IMG/VR virus record: IMGVR_UViG_3300046542_000227
Location: 186,001-250,000 of that record
Length of the DNA: 64,000 nucleotides
Reading direction: 5' to 3' (one strand)
Within the stretch, counting starts at the first letter, position 1. Each line of letters starts with the position of its first letter. This document shows, in pieces, positions 8,962-18,122 of this stretch. A program made the translations under genes and the position numbers. The notes beneath the pieces were generated by a model. It worked only from the letters and a program-made list of their open reading frames with translations. It was not told the origin of the DNA and did not search any database.

Positions 8962-10521
8962 ATGAGACTTACTGTTTCGAAGGTCCAAAGTACCGGCTTC
9001 GTAGAGGTTACTGCCTGGCACAAGGACCACGATCCGTTGGTGTGGGCTGCTGGTGCATATGGCAAGGTTCGTTTGGCAGATCCTACTGGGGTCTTCAACG
9101 AAATCAATGCGTACTGGGCGACGTGTCATGAAGAGATTCAAGATGCGTTGTGGGAATGCTACAAGGGTATTCACGCAGTTACCCGTTCTGTGACTGACAG
9201 CTTTTATGTTGCTCAGTCGGTTCGGTTCTACGTGAACAAGATGTACAGCTTGATGCCGATGGAAAGCTTCAAGCATTGGTTGCTGTTGCAGGGTCGGTTG
9301 CATGTACCGAACGAGATCCAAGACAGCATCACCGAAGGCAGTCGTTACACCGATGAAGGTCAGACTTATCTCAAGTCCGACTACATCAATCTGGCGATCT
9401 TCAGTTTGGCAATCCGTCCGATGTTGCCAGTCTGGGGTGCGTACATTGATCTGATCAATGACAACCAGAAAGGTAAGGAACTGGAAGCGCTGGGTCTGGC
9501 GTCTGATACTGAGATGATGGATTGGCCGGAACACTTCTCCGTTTACGAGAAGCTCCAGCGGTACATCGACGAACGTATTAATGACAACAGCATCAGCATG
9601 GCGTCGACCTGGAAGGGCTTGAGCTCTTCTGAGATCCCTAAGCTGATTCTGGCTAAGGTGATTGTACGGCGTCTGACGATTGCGGTAATGTCTGATCCTC
9701 AGGCTACCTCGATCATCTCCAGCGTGCACTGGTACATCCGCTACTGCTTGAACCCTGCTGACCGTACCACAGCAGAACGCGTCAACGACAAGAAGATTGA
9801 TTCGAAGTCGGGTGACGAAGATGACAAGACCAGTTTCATCGATGCCCACAAGATCAAACAGAAGGTGGTTATCGGTGATGCGACGGCATTTGAAGAAGAT
9901 GCTACTCGCCCTGCGCTGCTGGCGCAAAAGGTCGATCCTACAATCGATCTGCAGTTGCTGGAGAAATGCTTGGCCTGTATTCCAAAGGTCGAGGACTATC
10001 CGCTGGAAGTGCATCAGAAACGTCTCGCTCAGTGGGTGCTGGCTAAAGCGTTCTCCGCCAAAGCTTTCCCTCACATCGAGAAGCAGTACATCCACAACCT
10101 GGTTGCCACCGCACAAGCCTTATTGTGGCATTGGGGTTTCATCGACATCGCGCTGATCATGCAGGTCAGTCGTTACGTCGAAGAAGGCATCACCGGCACC
10201 GCGCTGCCTATCGCAACAAAGAGCTGGCCTCGTATCCAACCCAAGTATAAGGAAGACCTGAATGTAGCGTTTCCTTTCTTGAAGCCCATGCGTCCACGTC
10301 CAGGCGACAGTAACCCCAACGAACGGCATACTAACTTCACTATCATTTCCATCACGAACATCACGATGGAGATCCGTTCGGCCAACTGGGTTTACCACGG
10401 GCCGAAAGCATTGTGGGATGTCAGTGACCAGCCAAAAGGTCACAACATCATTGCCATGCCTCAACATTTCAAGAACTTACTAACGGACATGACTTTGCAC
10501 CTAGCGAAGATCAATTCGTAA
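8962..10521 (+). CDS. nvRNAP sigma-like promoter-specificity subunit (phiKZ gp68-like)
   Basis: 519 aa helical protein; size and position match gp68. Confidence 0.7.
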   Translation: MRLTVSKVQSTGFVEVTAWHKDHDPLVWAAGAYGKVRLADPTGVFNEINAYWATCHEEIQDALWECYKGIHAVTRSVTDSFYVAQSVRFYVNKMYSLMPMESFKHWLLLQGRLHVPNEIQDSITEGSRYTDEGQTYLKSDYINLAIFSLAIRPMLPVWGAYIDLINDNQKGKELEALGLASDTEMMDWPEHFSVYEKLQRYIDERINDNSISMASTWKGLSSSEIPKLILAKVIVRRLTIAVMSDPQATSIISSVHWYIRYCLNPADRTTAERVNDKKIDSKSGDEDDKTSFIDAHKIKQKVVIGDATAFEEDATRPALLAQKVDPTIDLQLLEKCLACIPKVEDYPLEVHQKRLAQWVLAKAFSAKAFPHIEKQYIHNLVATAQALLWHWGFIDIALIMQVSRYVEEGITGTALPIATKSWPRIQPKYKEDLNVAFPFLKPMRPRPGDSNPNERHTNFTIISITNITMEIRSANWVYHGPKALWDVSDQPKGHNIIAMPQHFKNLLTDMTLHLAKINS

Positions 10522-10536
10522 TATCGGAGAACACCC

Positions 10537-12126
10537 ATGAGTTATTCCTTCGGCGAGAACACCCAGACCCGTGTCGAGCTGTTCATTATGGCACAGACTG
10601 GCACGTACCAAGAGCAAGCCATCCGCCCGTTCAAAACCAACTACACCGACCGTGTAGTGAACATGCTGTCCGAGGCAACGCGGCATGGTGATCGTCTTGG
10701 TGTCGCCGCAGTCAACGCAATCGCGGCTGACGTGATTCAACCTTCGGCTAACATCGAAGGCTTCGTGGGGATTCCAGAAGGTTGGGCCAGTCGACGGTTC
10801 CGCTTCCTGATGCGTGTGGTTGAACAACATCCATTCACCCCCAACGAAAAGACCATCCGGATCTTCTTCGGCTACAGTAACCACAGTGACGTTTCTCACG
10901 GCGGTCTGCTGGATCCTGAAACCCGGATCTACTTCAACTCCGAAACCACGATCCGCGACAAGCTGATCCCTGGCGTAAACGGCATGGTGCGTCAAGCCAA
11001 CGTAACTGCCGCCAACCAGATCATCACCCCGATGCGCATCATGAACGCCGGTCGTACTGGCGGGATTGACAGCACGCACATGATCCGTCCTGAGGACGTG
11101 TTCAACCTGCGTGAGACCAGCATCATCTCGGACATGGCTGCACAGAACATCGCTGGTGGCATTGACATGTCCTACGATACTCGTGCATTGGCTGGTGTGG
11201 GTAGCTTCCAACTCTCGCGTCGTCGTGACACATCGCCTACGCGCTATGTGGCTGACACCCTGGGTTCGTTGCAGCATGCGGTAAAAGAAAACAACATGTT
11301 GCAGCAAGGCTACTCGGGCAACAACTCGATGGGTCCTGCGGTGTTCTCCGAAGCGAGCGCATGCGCAGCTAACCATTCGATTGGTAGCGATCTGTTCTTG
11401 GCGAAGTTGCGTGATCACTGTTCCTACATGGAACGTGGCTTCGTAACCCTGCGTGATCTGATCGGCCTGTTCCCGGAAGTAGGTAACTTTGATCAGGTTA
11501 CCAAGTACGCACTGGATGATGGACGTGGCGTCCGTCAGGTTAGTTTCGCTGAGCAGAGTAACCACTGGCAAGGCGCAGACAAAACCTCCATCGCGGCATC
11601 GTTGATCGCTCAAGTAGTACCGGCGATCATGATGGACAACTTCATCCGTAACATTGCAATTGCGGTGACGAACTCCATGGTACCTGGGCAGTACGCAATG
11701 ACCATCAACGAGAAGTTGACTCGGTCGATTGTAGATGAGGTCAACATGACTCCGTACATCCAGGAATTCGAACGACGCTTCTGTGTAGATGCGTTGAACT
11801 CGATTACCTTCGGCGGCAATATCCCATTCCACATCACCGTGATGGGTGACTTGGCTGGTGATACCATCATCGACATCAGCCTCGATGGTGAGCAATCGGT
11901 TCGTTTCATCGCACCAACGTTTACCGACTCCCTGTTCTCACCGATGGTATCTACGCAGCTCGATGCTGCGAAAAAGGTATCGAACGACATGATCGCTATC
12001 GCCAGCGACGTGCTCGACCTCGGTCAGTCCGGTGTCAACTTCAACGTGGCGGCACCAATGCCAGTCACCATGGATCCTTCTTACTCTGGAGCAAGCGGTT
12101 ATGCAGAAAACTTTGGCCTTCTATAA
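10537..12126 (+). CDS. picA: PicA/Imp1 nuclear-import factor (phiKZ gp69-like)
   Basis: 529 aa; position between gp68-like and gp70-like genes; GGAG RBS. Confidence 0.68.
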   Translation: MSYSFGENTQTRVELFIMAQTGTYQEQAIRPFKTNYTDRVVNMLSEATRHGDRLGVAAVNAIAADVIQPSANIEGFVGIPEGWASRRFRFLMRVVEQHPFTPNEKTIRIFFGYSNHSDVSHGGLLDPETRIYFNSETTIRDKLIPGVNGMVRQANVTAANQIITPMRIMNAGRTGGIDSTHMIRPEDVFNLRETSIISDMAAQNIAGGIDMSYDTRALAGVGSFQLSRRRDTSPTRYVADTLGSLQHAVKENNMLQQGYSGNNSMGPAVFSEASACAANHSIGSDLFLAKLRDHCSYMERGFVTLRDLIGLFPEVGNFDQVTKYALDDGRGVRQVSFAEQSNHWQGADKTSIAASLIAQVVPAIMMDNFIRNIAIAVTNSMVPGQYAMTINEKLTRSIVDEVNMTPYIQEFERRFCVDALNSITFGGNIPFHITVMGDLAGDTIIDISLDGEQSVRFIAPTFTDSLFSPMVSTQLDAAKKVSNDMIAIASDVLDLGQSGVNFNVAAPMPVTMDPSYSGASGYAENFGLL

Positions 12127-13447
12127 AGACGTTCTTCATTCGATGCGTTACAGCTTCGATGACGAAGGTTTGATCAGCATCACCACGGCCACTGGCACCC
12201 CAGCTCCGGCAGAAGTCGAAGGCAAACGCTTGGTCCTGCCAAGCAATGCCTGGCTGAAGAAGGGTTTCGGTGACGCGTTCCAACCATTCCACCCGCTGTC
12301 GGAAACGATGGCGCGTCGTGGTACTTCGCCAGTGATGCAGCACATGCAGCGTAATGCTCGTGCACAGCTGGCGTTCACCTACATCTTCCTGGCCCAACAA
12401 CTGCTGCGTGTTGCAGCAGATCGTGAGCTGCACAAGGAGTTGCCAGTCACTGACGACTGTAATGACTTCTTGAAGAAGATGCAGTTGGCTGACGATAAGT
12501 TGGTCAAGCTGTTCGATCGACTGGTGCAAGCTGCCAGCGAGAAGAAACGTTTGATCACGGTCTACCTGAAGAATGGTGGCAACTACAACGGTAAGGCAGT
12601 CAATCGCCTGGCTGTGATCCGCTTCCCGCTGATCGAGTTGCTGGAAACTGAAGAGCCGAAAGTACTCGGCATCGAAGTGAAGCCAAAGCAGCGTCAGGTT
12701 CTGTTGACCCTGCTGCGCACCATCCTGCCGAACGGTGATGATCCTGAGCAGTACAGCGCAGGTTCGAACAACCGTGTTGCACCATACCTGCATGCATTCT
12801 TGCAAGCCTATCGCAAAACGATCGTTCAACTGAACAAGATCATTGCGCGCTACGGCCAACCAATGGCACTGCCGGTCAAGTCCTTCCCGGTCTACGACGA
12901 AGAGATCCTCGGCCAGTTCGGCGACATCTACGACGAGATCCCATCGCAAGATGGTAACGAAGGTGGTGTGGCTGAAGTAGACGACGAAGTGAAAGCTCCA
13001 GCGTCGATTGAAGTAGTGAAGGCACCAGGGTTGGCTGTACAGTCGGCTCCGGTATCGGCTCCACTGCGTCCAGCTGCGGCAGCGGCCAAGGTAGTTGAAG
13101 ACGACACCATCGACTTCGAAACCTTGAAGCAACACATGATGCAACCGCAGCAAGCGACCATGATGGGTTCTGGTTATCCTAATACCGTTGTCGGTATGGG
13201 CACTAACTACACTCAGCAAGGTCACGTGGTAATGCCGTGGCAGCAACAACCGCAACAAGCGCAAGCATTCAACCCGTTCGCGGGTGTAGCAGCATCGCGC
13301 ACAATGGAAACCAACATGCCTCTGTCCAGCCCTTACGGGATGGTCAACAACAACATGGGCATGGGTATGGGTTCCGGCATGGGTGTCACCACCATTAACA
13401 GTGGTGTAGGTTACGCACCGGGCGCTGTGGCTAACACACTGCTCTAA
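12101..13447 (+). CDS. Core protein (phiKZ gp70-like) with Met/Gly/Gln-rich C-tail
   Basis: GGAG RBS then ATG 12101; synteny. Confidence 0.7.
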   Translation: MQKTLAFYKDVLHSMRYSFDDEGLISITTATGTPAPAEVEGKRLVLPSNAWLKKGFGDAFQPFHPLSETMARRGTSPVMQHMQRNARAQLAFTYIFLAQQLLRVAADRELHKELPVTDDCNDFLKKMQLADDKLVKLFDRLVQAASEKKRLITVYLKNGGNYNGKAVNRLAVIRFPLIELLETEEPKVLGIEVKPKQRQVLLTLLRTILPNGDDPEQYSAGSNNRVAPYLHAFLQAYRKTIVQLNKIIARYGQPMALPVKSFPVYDEEILGQFGDIYDEIPSQDGNEGGVAEVDDEVKAPASIEVVKAPGLAVQSAPVSAPLRPAAAAAKVVEDDTIDFETLKQHMMQPQQATMMGSGYPNTVVGMGTNYTQQGHVVMPWQQQPQQAQAFNPFAGVAASRTMETNMPLSSPYGMVNNNMGMGMGSGMGVTTINSGVGYAPGAVANTLL

Positions 13448-13449
13448 GG

Positions 13450-13485
13450 CGGAATAAAGGCAGGGCTCTCACGAGCCCTGCTTTA
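13450..13485. terminator. Bidirectional terminator at convergent junction
   Basis: GCAGGGCTC-TCAC-GAGCCCTGC. Confidence 0.75.
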
Positions 13486-13848
13486 CACTTCTTTTTTGCT
13501 GAGGAACAAGGTGCGGATGTTCGACACCAAACCAGCATCGGGGAACAGTAGCGTTTGCCCCGGTGTGGGTGTAGCGCGTTCTAATGGCTTACGACCAAAC
13601 TCGTGAGGATTGTGCATCCCGTTCATACGCATGATGATCCAATGGATGTCATGCGATTGGCCTATGCTCGCCAAGTAGCCAAACAGATTACCCTCAAACT
13701 GATAGAGTGACTCAGGCTGAACCTGATGTGATTGGGGGTTGGTAAACTTGAGGATGTTCAGGTGGGTTTCAATCTGATCCCGAAAAGCCTGCAAGTAAAG
13801 GGTGGGGTCACCAGGATCCGCAAAAGCTTCCTGTACCTTGAATGCCAT
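13483..13848 (-). CDS. Small conserved protein, possibly LysM/T4 gp53-like baseplate component
   Basis: 121 aa from ATG 13848; HWIIMRMNGMHNP resembles the W.I...N...NP motif of gp53/LysM-like wedge proteins. Confidence 0.55.
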   Translation of the reverse strand: MAFKVQEAFADPGDPTLYLQAFRDQIETHLNILKFTNPQSHQVQPESLYQFEGNLFGYLASIGQSHDIHWIIMRMNGMHNPHEFGRKPLERATPTPGQTLLFPDAGLVSNIRTLFLSKKEV

Positions 13849-13869
13849 TGGGTATAACCCTCTAAAAGA

Positions 13870-13895
13870 ATTTGAACCTATATCATGTTCGTGGA
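13870..13895 (+). promoter_or_regulatory. Putative phage early promoter
   Basis: TATATCA-TGTTC-GTG upstream of the RNAP beta gene. Confidence 0.6.
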
Positions 13896-13921
13896 TACAC
13901 ACAGACTAAGAGGCAGCAACG

Positions 13922-16030
13922 ATGCGTGAAATCGATCCAACCCTATTGGGTCAACTTGCTACCGATCCATTCTTCGGTACAGTAAGTGCTGCGCGTGCCG
14001 CGATGTATGCTTCCCACATCGGTCAAGCACCGATCATGGAAGACAACGAGCCACGACGAACCATGACGGGTGTCGAACCCCACTACGCAGACCACACCTT
14101 CGACATTCGGTTCCCAGTCGATGCGACAATCCTGCACGTGATCCGGAAATACCCTCCGGGCACTGGCATGGGTGCTGATGCTATTCGGCATAACCCGTTG
14201 ACCACGATCATCTACGAGGACTATTACTGCCCCCGCAAAACCATCGGGGTGATTCAGGTGCCTGAGTATCTCAGCATGCACCAAGACTTCGGTTATCCAC
14301 TGGTTCGTAATGAACAGTTGTGGGATCGGGTTGTGAAAGAAGCCAACATCGGTAAAGGTGAAGTGCTTTGCCATTCCAGTGCTGTAAAGAACAATGGTCT
14401 CTACGGTACCGGTATCTCCGCAGAAGTCGTGTTCCTTTCAGTACCTGGCGGTATTGAAGACGGCTTCGATTACTCGACCGAGTTCTTGGAGCGCATGGCA
14501 CCTACTACCTACGGCAAGTTCATCGGTAGTGCTGGGCAGAAGTCGATCTTGCTGAACCTGTATGGTGATGACAAGATCTACAAACCGTTCCCAGATGTGG
14601 GTGAGCAAGTCCGTGCTGACGGCATCATCATGGCGATGCGGGATATCGATGAGAACTTGGCGCCAGCGGAAATGACCGCACGGGCACTGCGTACTGTCGA
14701 TCTGGCATTCGACCGTTGCATCTACGGCAAGCCTCGTTCTACTGTTAAGGACGTGGTGGTGTATCGTGACAGTCGGGTGTTTCCATCCAACGTACCAATT
14801 GGCATGGACACGCAGCTGAACAAGTACTACCAAGCTGGTTGCCGTTACTACCGTCAGCTGATGGACATCTACGATGGCTTGCGTAAGCGTCGTGGTAAGA
14901 AGCTGCATATCACTGAAGAGCTCAACCAGCTCTTGGTGGAAGCGCAGATCTATCTGCCGACTCCAGATTCCGTGCGTAAGCTGACGCGTATGCACCGTCT
15001 GGAAGTGCTTGACGAATACCGCGTTGAGATCACCACCGAAAACAAGATGATCCCAGACATGGGGTTCAAGGCAACAGACTGTGTCGGTGGTAAAGGTGTG
15101 GTCTGCCGGACTCGCCCTGCGCATGAAATGCCGATGACTAAACATGGCGTTCGTGCAGACGTGGTGATCTACGGTGGTTCGACGATTCGTCGTTCTAACT
15201 TCGGTCGGTTCTACGAGCAGTACTACAACGCAGCATCGCGTGACTTGTTGTTCCGTCTGCGTACTCAATGTGGCCTGTTGCCACAAGTACGTCCTACCCG
15301 TCATCAACTGCAGGAAGTAGCAAAGAACCGGGCGTTGGTACATGACGTGTTTGATACACTGCGTCGTTACTTCGCATTGTGGGCACCGATCCATAACGAA
15401 CTGTTGGAGCCGGATGCGGCTAACCCAACTGAATACGTGCTGTCGGTACTGGAGGATGGACAACACAAGAACCCAGGTATCACAGTAAACATTCCGGTAG
15501 ATAACCCGGTGGACATTCTGGACACGATCCGTCAGATCGAAGCCAGTGAGTTCAAACCACTGTACGACACCGTGACGTATACGGACAATGCCGGTAACGT
15601 GGTTGAAACAGATTGCAAGGTTCTTTGCGGTGCGCTGCAAATGTTCCTGCTGGAAAAGATCGGCGAAGACTGGTCGGGTGTAGCTTCGGCGAAGACCCAG
15701 CAGTTTGGTCTGCCTGCGAAGATGGGTAGTGGTGATGCTAACCGTACACCGGGGCGAGAGAACCCGATGCGATCGGCTGGTGAATCCGAAACCCGTTCCT
15801 ACGTGGCAACCATCGGCAGTTGGGCAACCAACGAGTTGTTGGATCAAACCAACAACCCAATGTCTCACCGTGCTGTGATCCGTTCGATCCTGCAAGCGGA
15901 TGAGCCAACCAACATCGATGTCGCTGTACCGCGTGATCAAGTCCCATACGGGGGCAGTCGCCCAGTGCAGTTGATGAACCACCTGTTGGAATGCCGCGGC
16001 GTTCGATTCATTTATACGCCTGATCATTGA
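13922..16030 (+). CDS. rpoB: nvRNAP beta subunit, C-terminal part (phiKZ gp71-73-like), uninterrupted
   Basis: Motifs RAAMYASH, IEDG, FKATDCVGGKGVV, RRSNFGR, RSAGESETR. Confidence 0.92.
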   Translation: MREIDPTLLGQLATDPFFGTVSAARAAMYASHIGQAPIMEDNEPRRTMTGVEPHYADHTFDIRFPVDATILHVIRKYPPGTGMGADAIRHNPLTTIIYEDYYCPRKTIGVIQVPEYLSMHQDFGYPLVRNEQLWDRVVKEANIGKGEVLCHSSAVKNNGLYGTGISAEVVFLSVPGGIEDGFDYSTEFLERMAPTTYGKFIGSAGQKSILLNLYGDDKIYKPFPDVGEQVRADGIIMAMRDIDENLAPAEMTARALRTVDLAFDRCIYGKPRSTVKDVVVYRDSRVFPSNVPIGMDTQLNKYYQAGCRYYRQLMDIYDGLRKRRGKKLHITEELNQLLVEAQIYLPTPDSVRKLTRMHRLEVLDEYRVEITTENKMIPDMGFKATDCVGGKGVVCRTRPAHEMPMTKHGVRADVVIYGGSTIRRSNFGRFYEQYYNAASRDLLFRLRTQCGLLPQVRPTRHQLQEVAKNRALVHDVFDTLRRYFALWAPIHNELLEPDAANPTEYVLSVLEDGQHKNPGITVNIPVDNPVDILDTIRQIEASEFKPLYDTVTYTDNAGNVVETDCKVLCGALQMFLLEKIGEDWSGVASAKTQQFGLPAKMGSGDANRTPGRENPMRSAGESETRSYVATIGSWATNELLDQTNNPMSHRAVIRSILQADEPTNIDVAVPRDQVPYGGSRPVQLMNHLLECRGVRFIYTPDH

Positions 16031-16062
16031 TCGGGCTTTACCTAACTAGACGGAGTTAAGCC

Positions 16063-18039
16063 ATGGGTTGTTTTGCCGCCCGAGATCTCTTGGCCATGTC
16101 AGAAGATGATCTCTGGAAGATCCCCCAAGACGAATACCACGAACTGATCCTAGCGGACGGTAAGGTGGACATCGTAGGGGCGGATCTGATCAACACGGTC
16201 TACCTCTGGTACCCAATGCTCGATTACCCGCAGGCACCAATCCTGACGTCGTACGTGCATGGCACCGATATGGAGTTCACCAGCGGCTCCAATCTGCGTG
16301 TATTGAAGACCCTGTTGTGGGGTGTTCATGCTCACTACGATGAACGGGTAGATCCTGAGTTGTTGGCGCTGGCCGCCATGCGTACGATGAACCGTTGGTA
16401 TAACGTGATCACCATCCGCTGCTCCTCCAAGGTAGCGACGATGTCGATCTTGGATGTGTTGGAGGTCATGGACCATCCTGACATTAAACAAGCCAACGCC
16501 ACGGTGGAAGGAAACCGTCACTCGATCGAGGAAGTAACGTACAAGACGATTGAGCGTGTGCTCAAATCGCGGGATGATCTGCCACTGAACCCGATCGCCA
16601 TGGGCATCCGTTGCGGTACCCAGAAGATCGACCAGGTCAAGCAGTGCTTCGGTCCACGTGGTTATGTAACCGACATCAACTCCGACATCTTTGAAGAGCC
16701 GGTGCTGAAAGGTTATGTAGAAGGTATCTGGGATCTGTATGGATCCATGATCGAATCTCGATCCGGTACCAAGGCTCTGGCGTACAACAAAGAGCTGCTG
16801 CGTAACACCGAGTACTTCAACCGGAAGACCCAGCTGATTGCACAGTACGTGCGTGGGCTGGCAGAAGGTGATTGCGGTACACCTCACTTCCAAGAGGTGC
16901 CTGTCATTAAGGCACTGCTCAAGCAACTGGCTGGCAAGTACTACCTGAACGAAAAGACTGGTGCACTGGATTGGATACGCGGTGATGAGGAACACCTCAT
17001 CGGCACGACCATCAAGATGCGTGGGGTTATGACCTGCGTACATCCGGGTGCTGGTATTATCTGTTCGGTTTGCTATGGTCGTCTGTCGTACAGCGTGCCA
17101 CGACACACCAACATCGGTCAGGTCTCCGCAGTACAAGTTGGTGACAAGATTACCTCCAACGTGTTGTCGACTAAACACACCGACGTAACGTCGCGTGTCG
17201 ATCGTCTGCAGCTGTCCAAGGTTGAAGGTGATTACCTGCGTTACGGTAAACAGGAAGAGGCGCTGTATCTGCGTCAGGAACTGAACAACAAAGCCGTGCG
17301 TATGGTCATCGACAAGAACGAAGCTACGAACCTTGCAGACATCCTGATGTTGAAGGACCTGTCGGGTTACCCTGTCACCAACGCTACTGAGCTCAGCCAG
17401 ATCCACGTTCAAGTGGAAACGGCAGAAGGCACAGTGTCGGACATCCTCACGGTCTCGCTGTATAACCGTAAGTCCAGTCTGACCATCGAAGTGTTGGAAT
17501 ACCTGCGCAAGCATAAGTGGGAATACGACAGCCGTGGCAACCTGATCATCGACCTGTCAAACTTCGACACCACCAAGCCAATCCTGATCCTGCCGAATAA
17601 ACATGTCAACATGTACGAAGTAATGAAGCGTATTCGTTCCTTCTTGCACAGTGGCAGCGACGACGGCGCGAAATCGAAGTTGGATCCTCTGGAATATTCG
17701 GGCAAGATCTACCTGAAGAACTTCAAAGATCCGACCACTGGGTTGCTGGTGTTCACGAACATGCTCAACGAGAAACTGAAGATCAACATCGTTCATTGCG
17801 AGATCCTGGTTTACGCTATGATGGTGAGATCTGCCGTGCATCGCGATTACCGGTTGCCAAAGCCGGGTATCGATGGTGTGTTCGAGAAGTACAATCGTCT
17901 GATGTTGAACCGCAGCCTGTCGGGTGCCATGGCATTCGAGAAGCAGCATGAACCATTCAACAACCCAGCGTGCTACTTGACGCTGGAGCGTGACGATCAC
18001 CCGTATGACCACGTCCTGTTGGGCGGGAAGATGAACTGA
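16063..18039 (+). CDS. rpoC: nvRNAP beta' subunit, C-terminal part (phiKZ gp74-like)
   Basis: SRSG...EYFNRK bridge helix, DCGT, C...ICSVCYG Zn site, LSTKH trigger loop. Confidence 0.92.
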   Translation: MGCFAARDLLAMSEDDLWKIPQDEYHELILADGKVDIVGADLINTVYLWYPMLDYPQAPILTSYVHGTDMEFTSGSNLRVLKTLLWGVHAHYDERVDPELLALAAMRTMNRWYNVITIRCSSKVATMSILDVLEVMDHPDIKQANATVEGNRHSIEEVTYKTIERVLKSRDDLPLNPIAMGIRCGTQKIDQVKQCFGPRGYVTDINSDIFEEPVLKGYVEGIWDLYGSMIESRSGTKALAYNKELLRNTEYFNRKTQLIAQYVRGLAEGDCGTPHFQEVPVIKALLKQLAGKYYLNEKTGALDWIRGDEEHLIGTTIKMRGVMTCVHPGAGIICSVCYGRLSYSVPRHTNIGQVSAVQVGDKITSNVLSTKHTDVTSRVDRLQLSKVEGDYLRYGKQEEALYLRQELNNKAVRMVIDKNEATNLADILMLKDLSGYPVTNATELSQIHVQVETAEGTVSDILTVSLYNRKSSLTIEVLEYLRKHKWEYDSRGNLIIDLSNFDTTKPILILPNKHVNMYEVMKRIRSFLHSGSDDGAKSKLDPLEYSGKIYLKNFKDPTTGLLVFTNMLNEKLKINIVHCEILVYAMMVRSAVHRDYRLPKPGIDGVFEKYNRLMLNRSLSGAMAFEKQHEPFNNPACYLTLERDDHPYDHVLLGGKMN

Positions 18040-18044
18040 CGGCT

Positions 18045-18122
18045 GTGGACTCCGTCCACGGTTAGTCACCTAATGTGGACGGAGGTAGTGTGGGGAGCTT
18101 CGGCTCCCCATGCCTTTAAAAA
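18045..18122 (+). promoter_or_regulatory. Structured leader/RBS switch of helicase gene
   Basis: CTCCGTCCAC/GTGGACGGAG stem covering GGAG of GGAGGT, alternative GTGGAC/GTCCAC stem, second UUCG hairpin between SD and ATG. Confidence 0.5.

Noticed and set aside
14438-16027. Very long antisense ORFs (also 21752-23239, 25982-27385, 50064-51479, 10501-11895 and others)
   Set aside because: They mirror real genes codon for codon and are expected from strong sense-strand codon bias; no RBS or recognisable motifs
18040-18122. Structured intergenic region as tRNA or group I intron remnant
   Set aside because: No cloverleaf, T-loop or CCA; far too short for an intron core; flanking genes are complete
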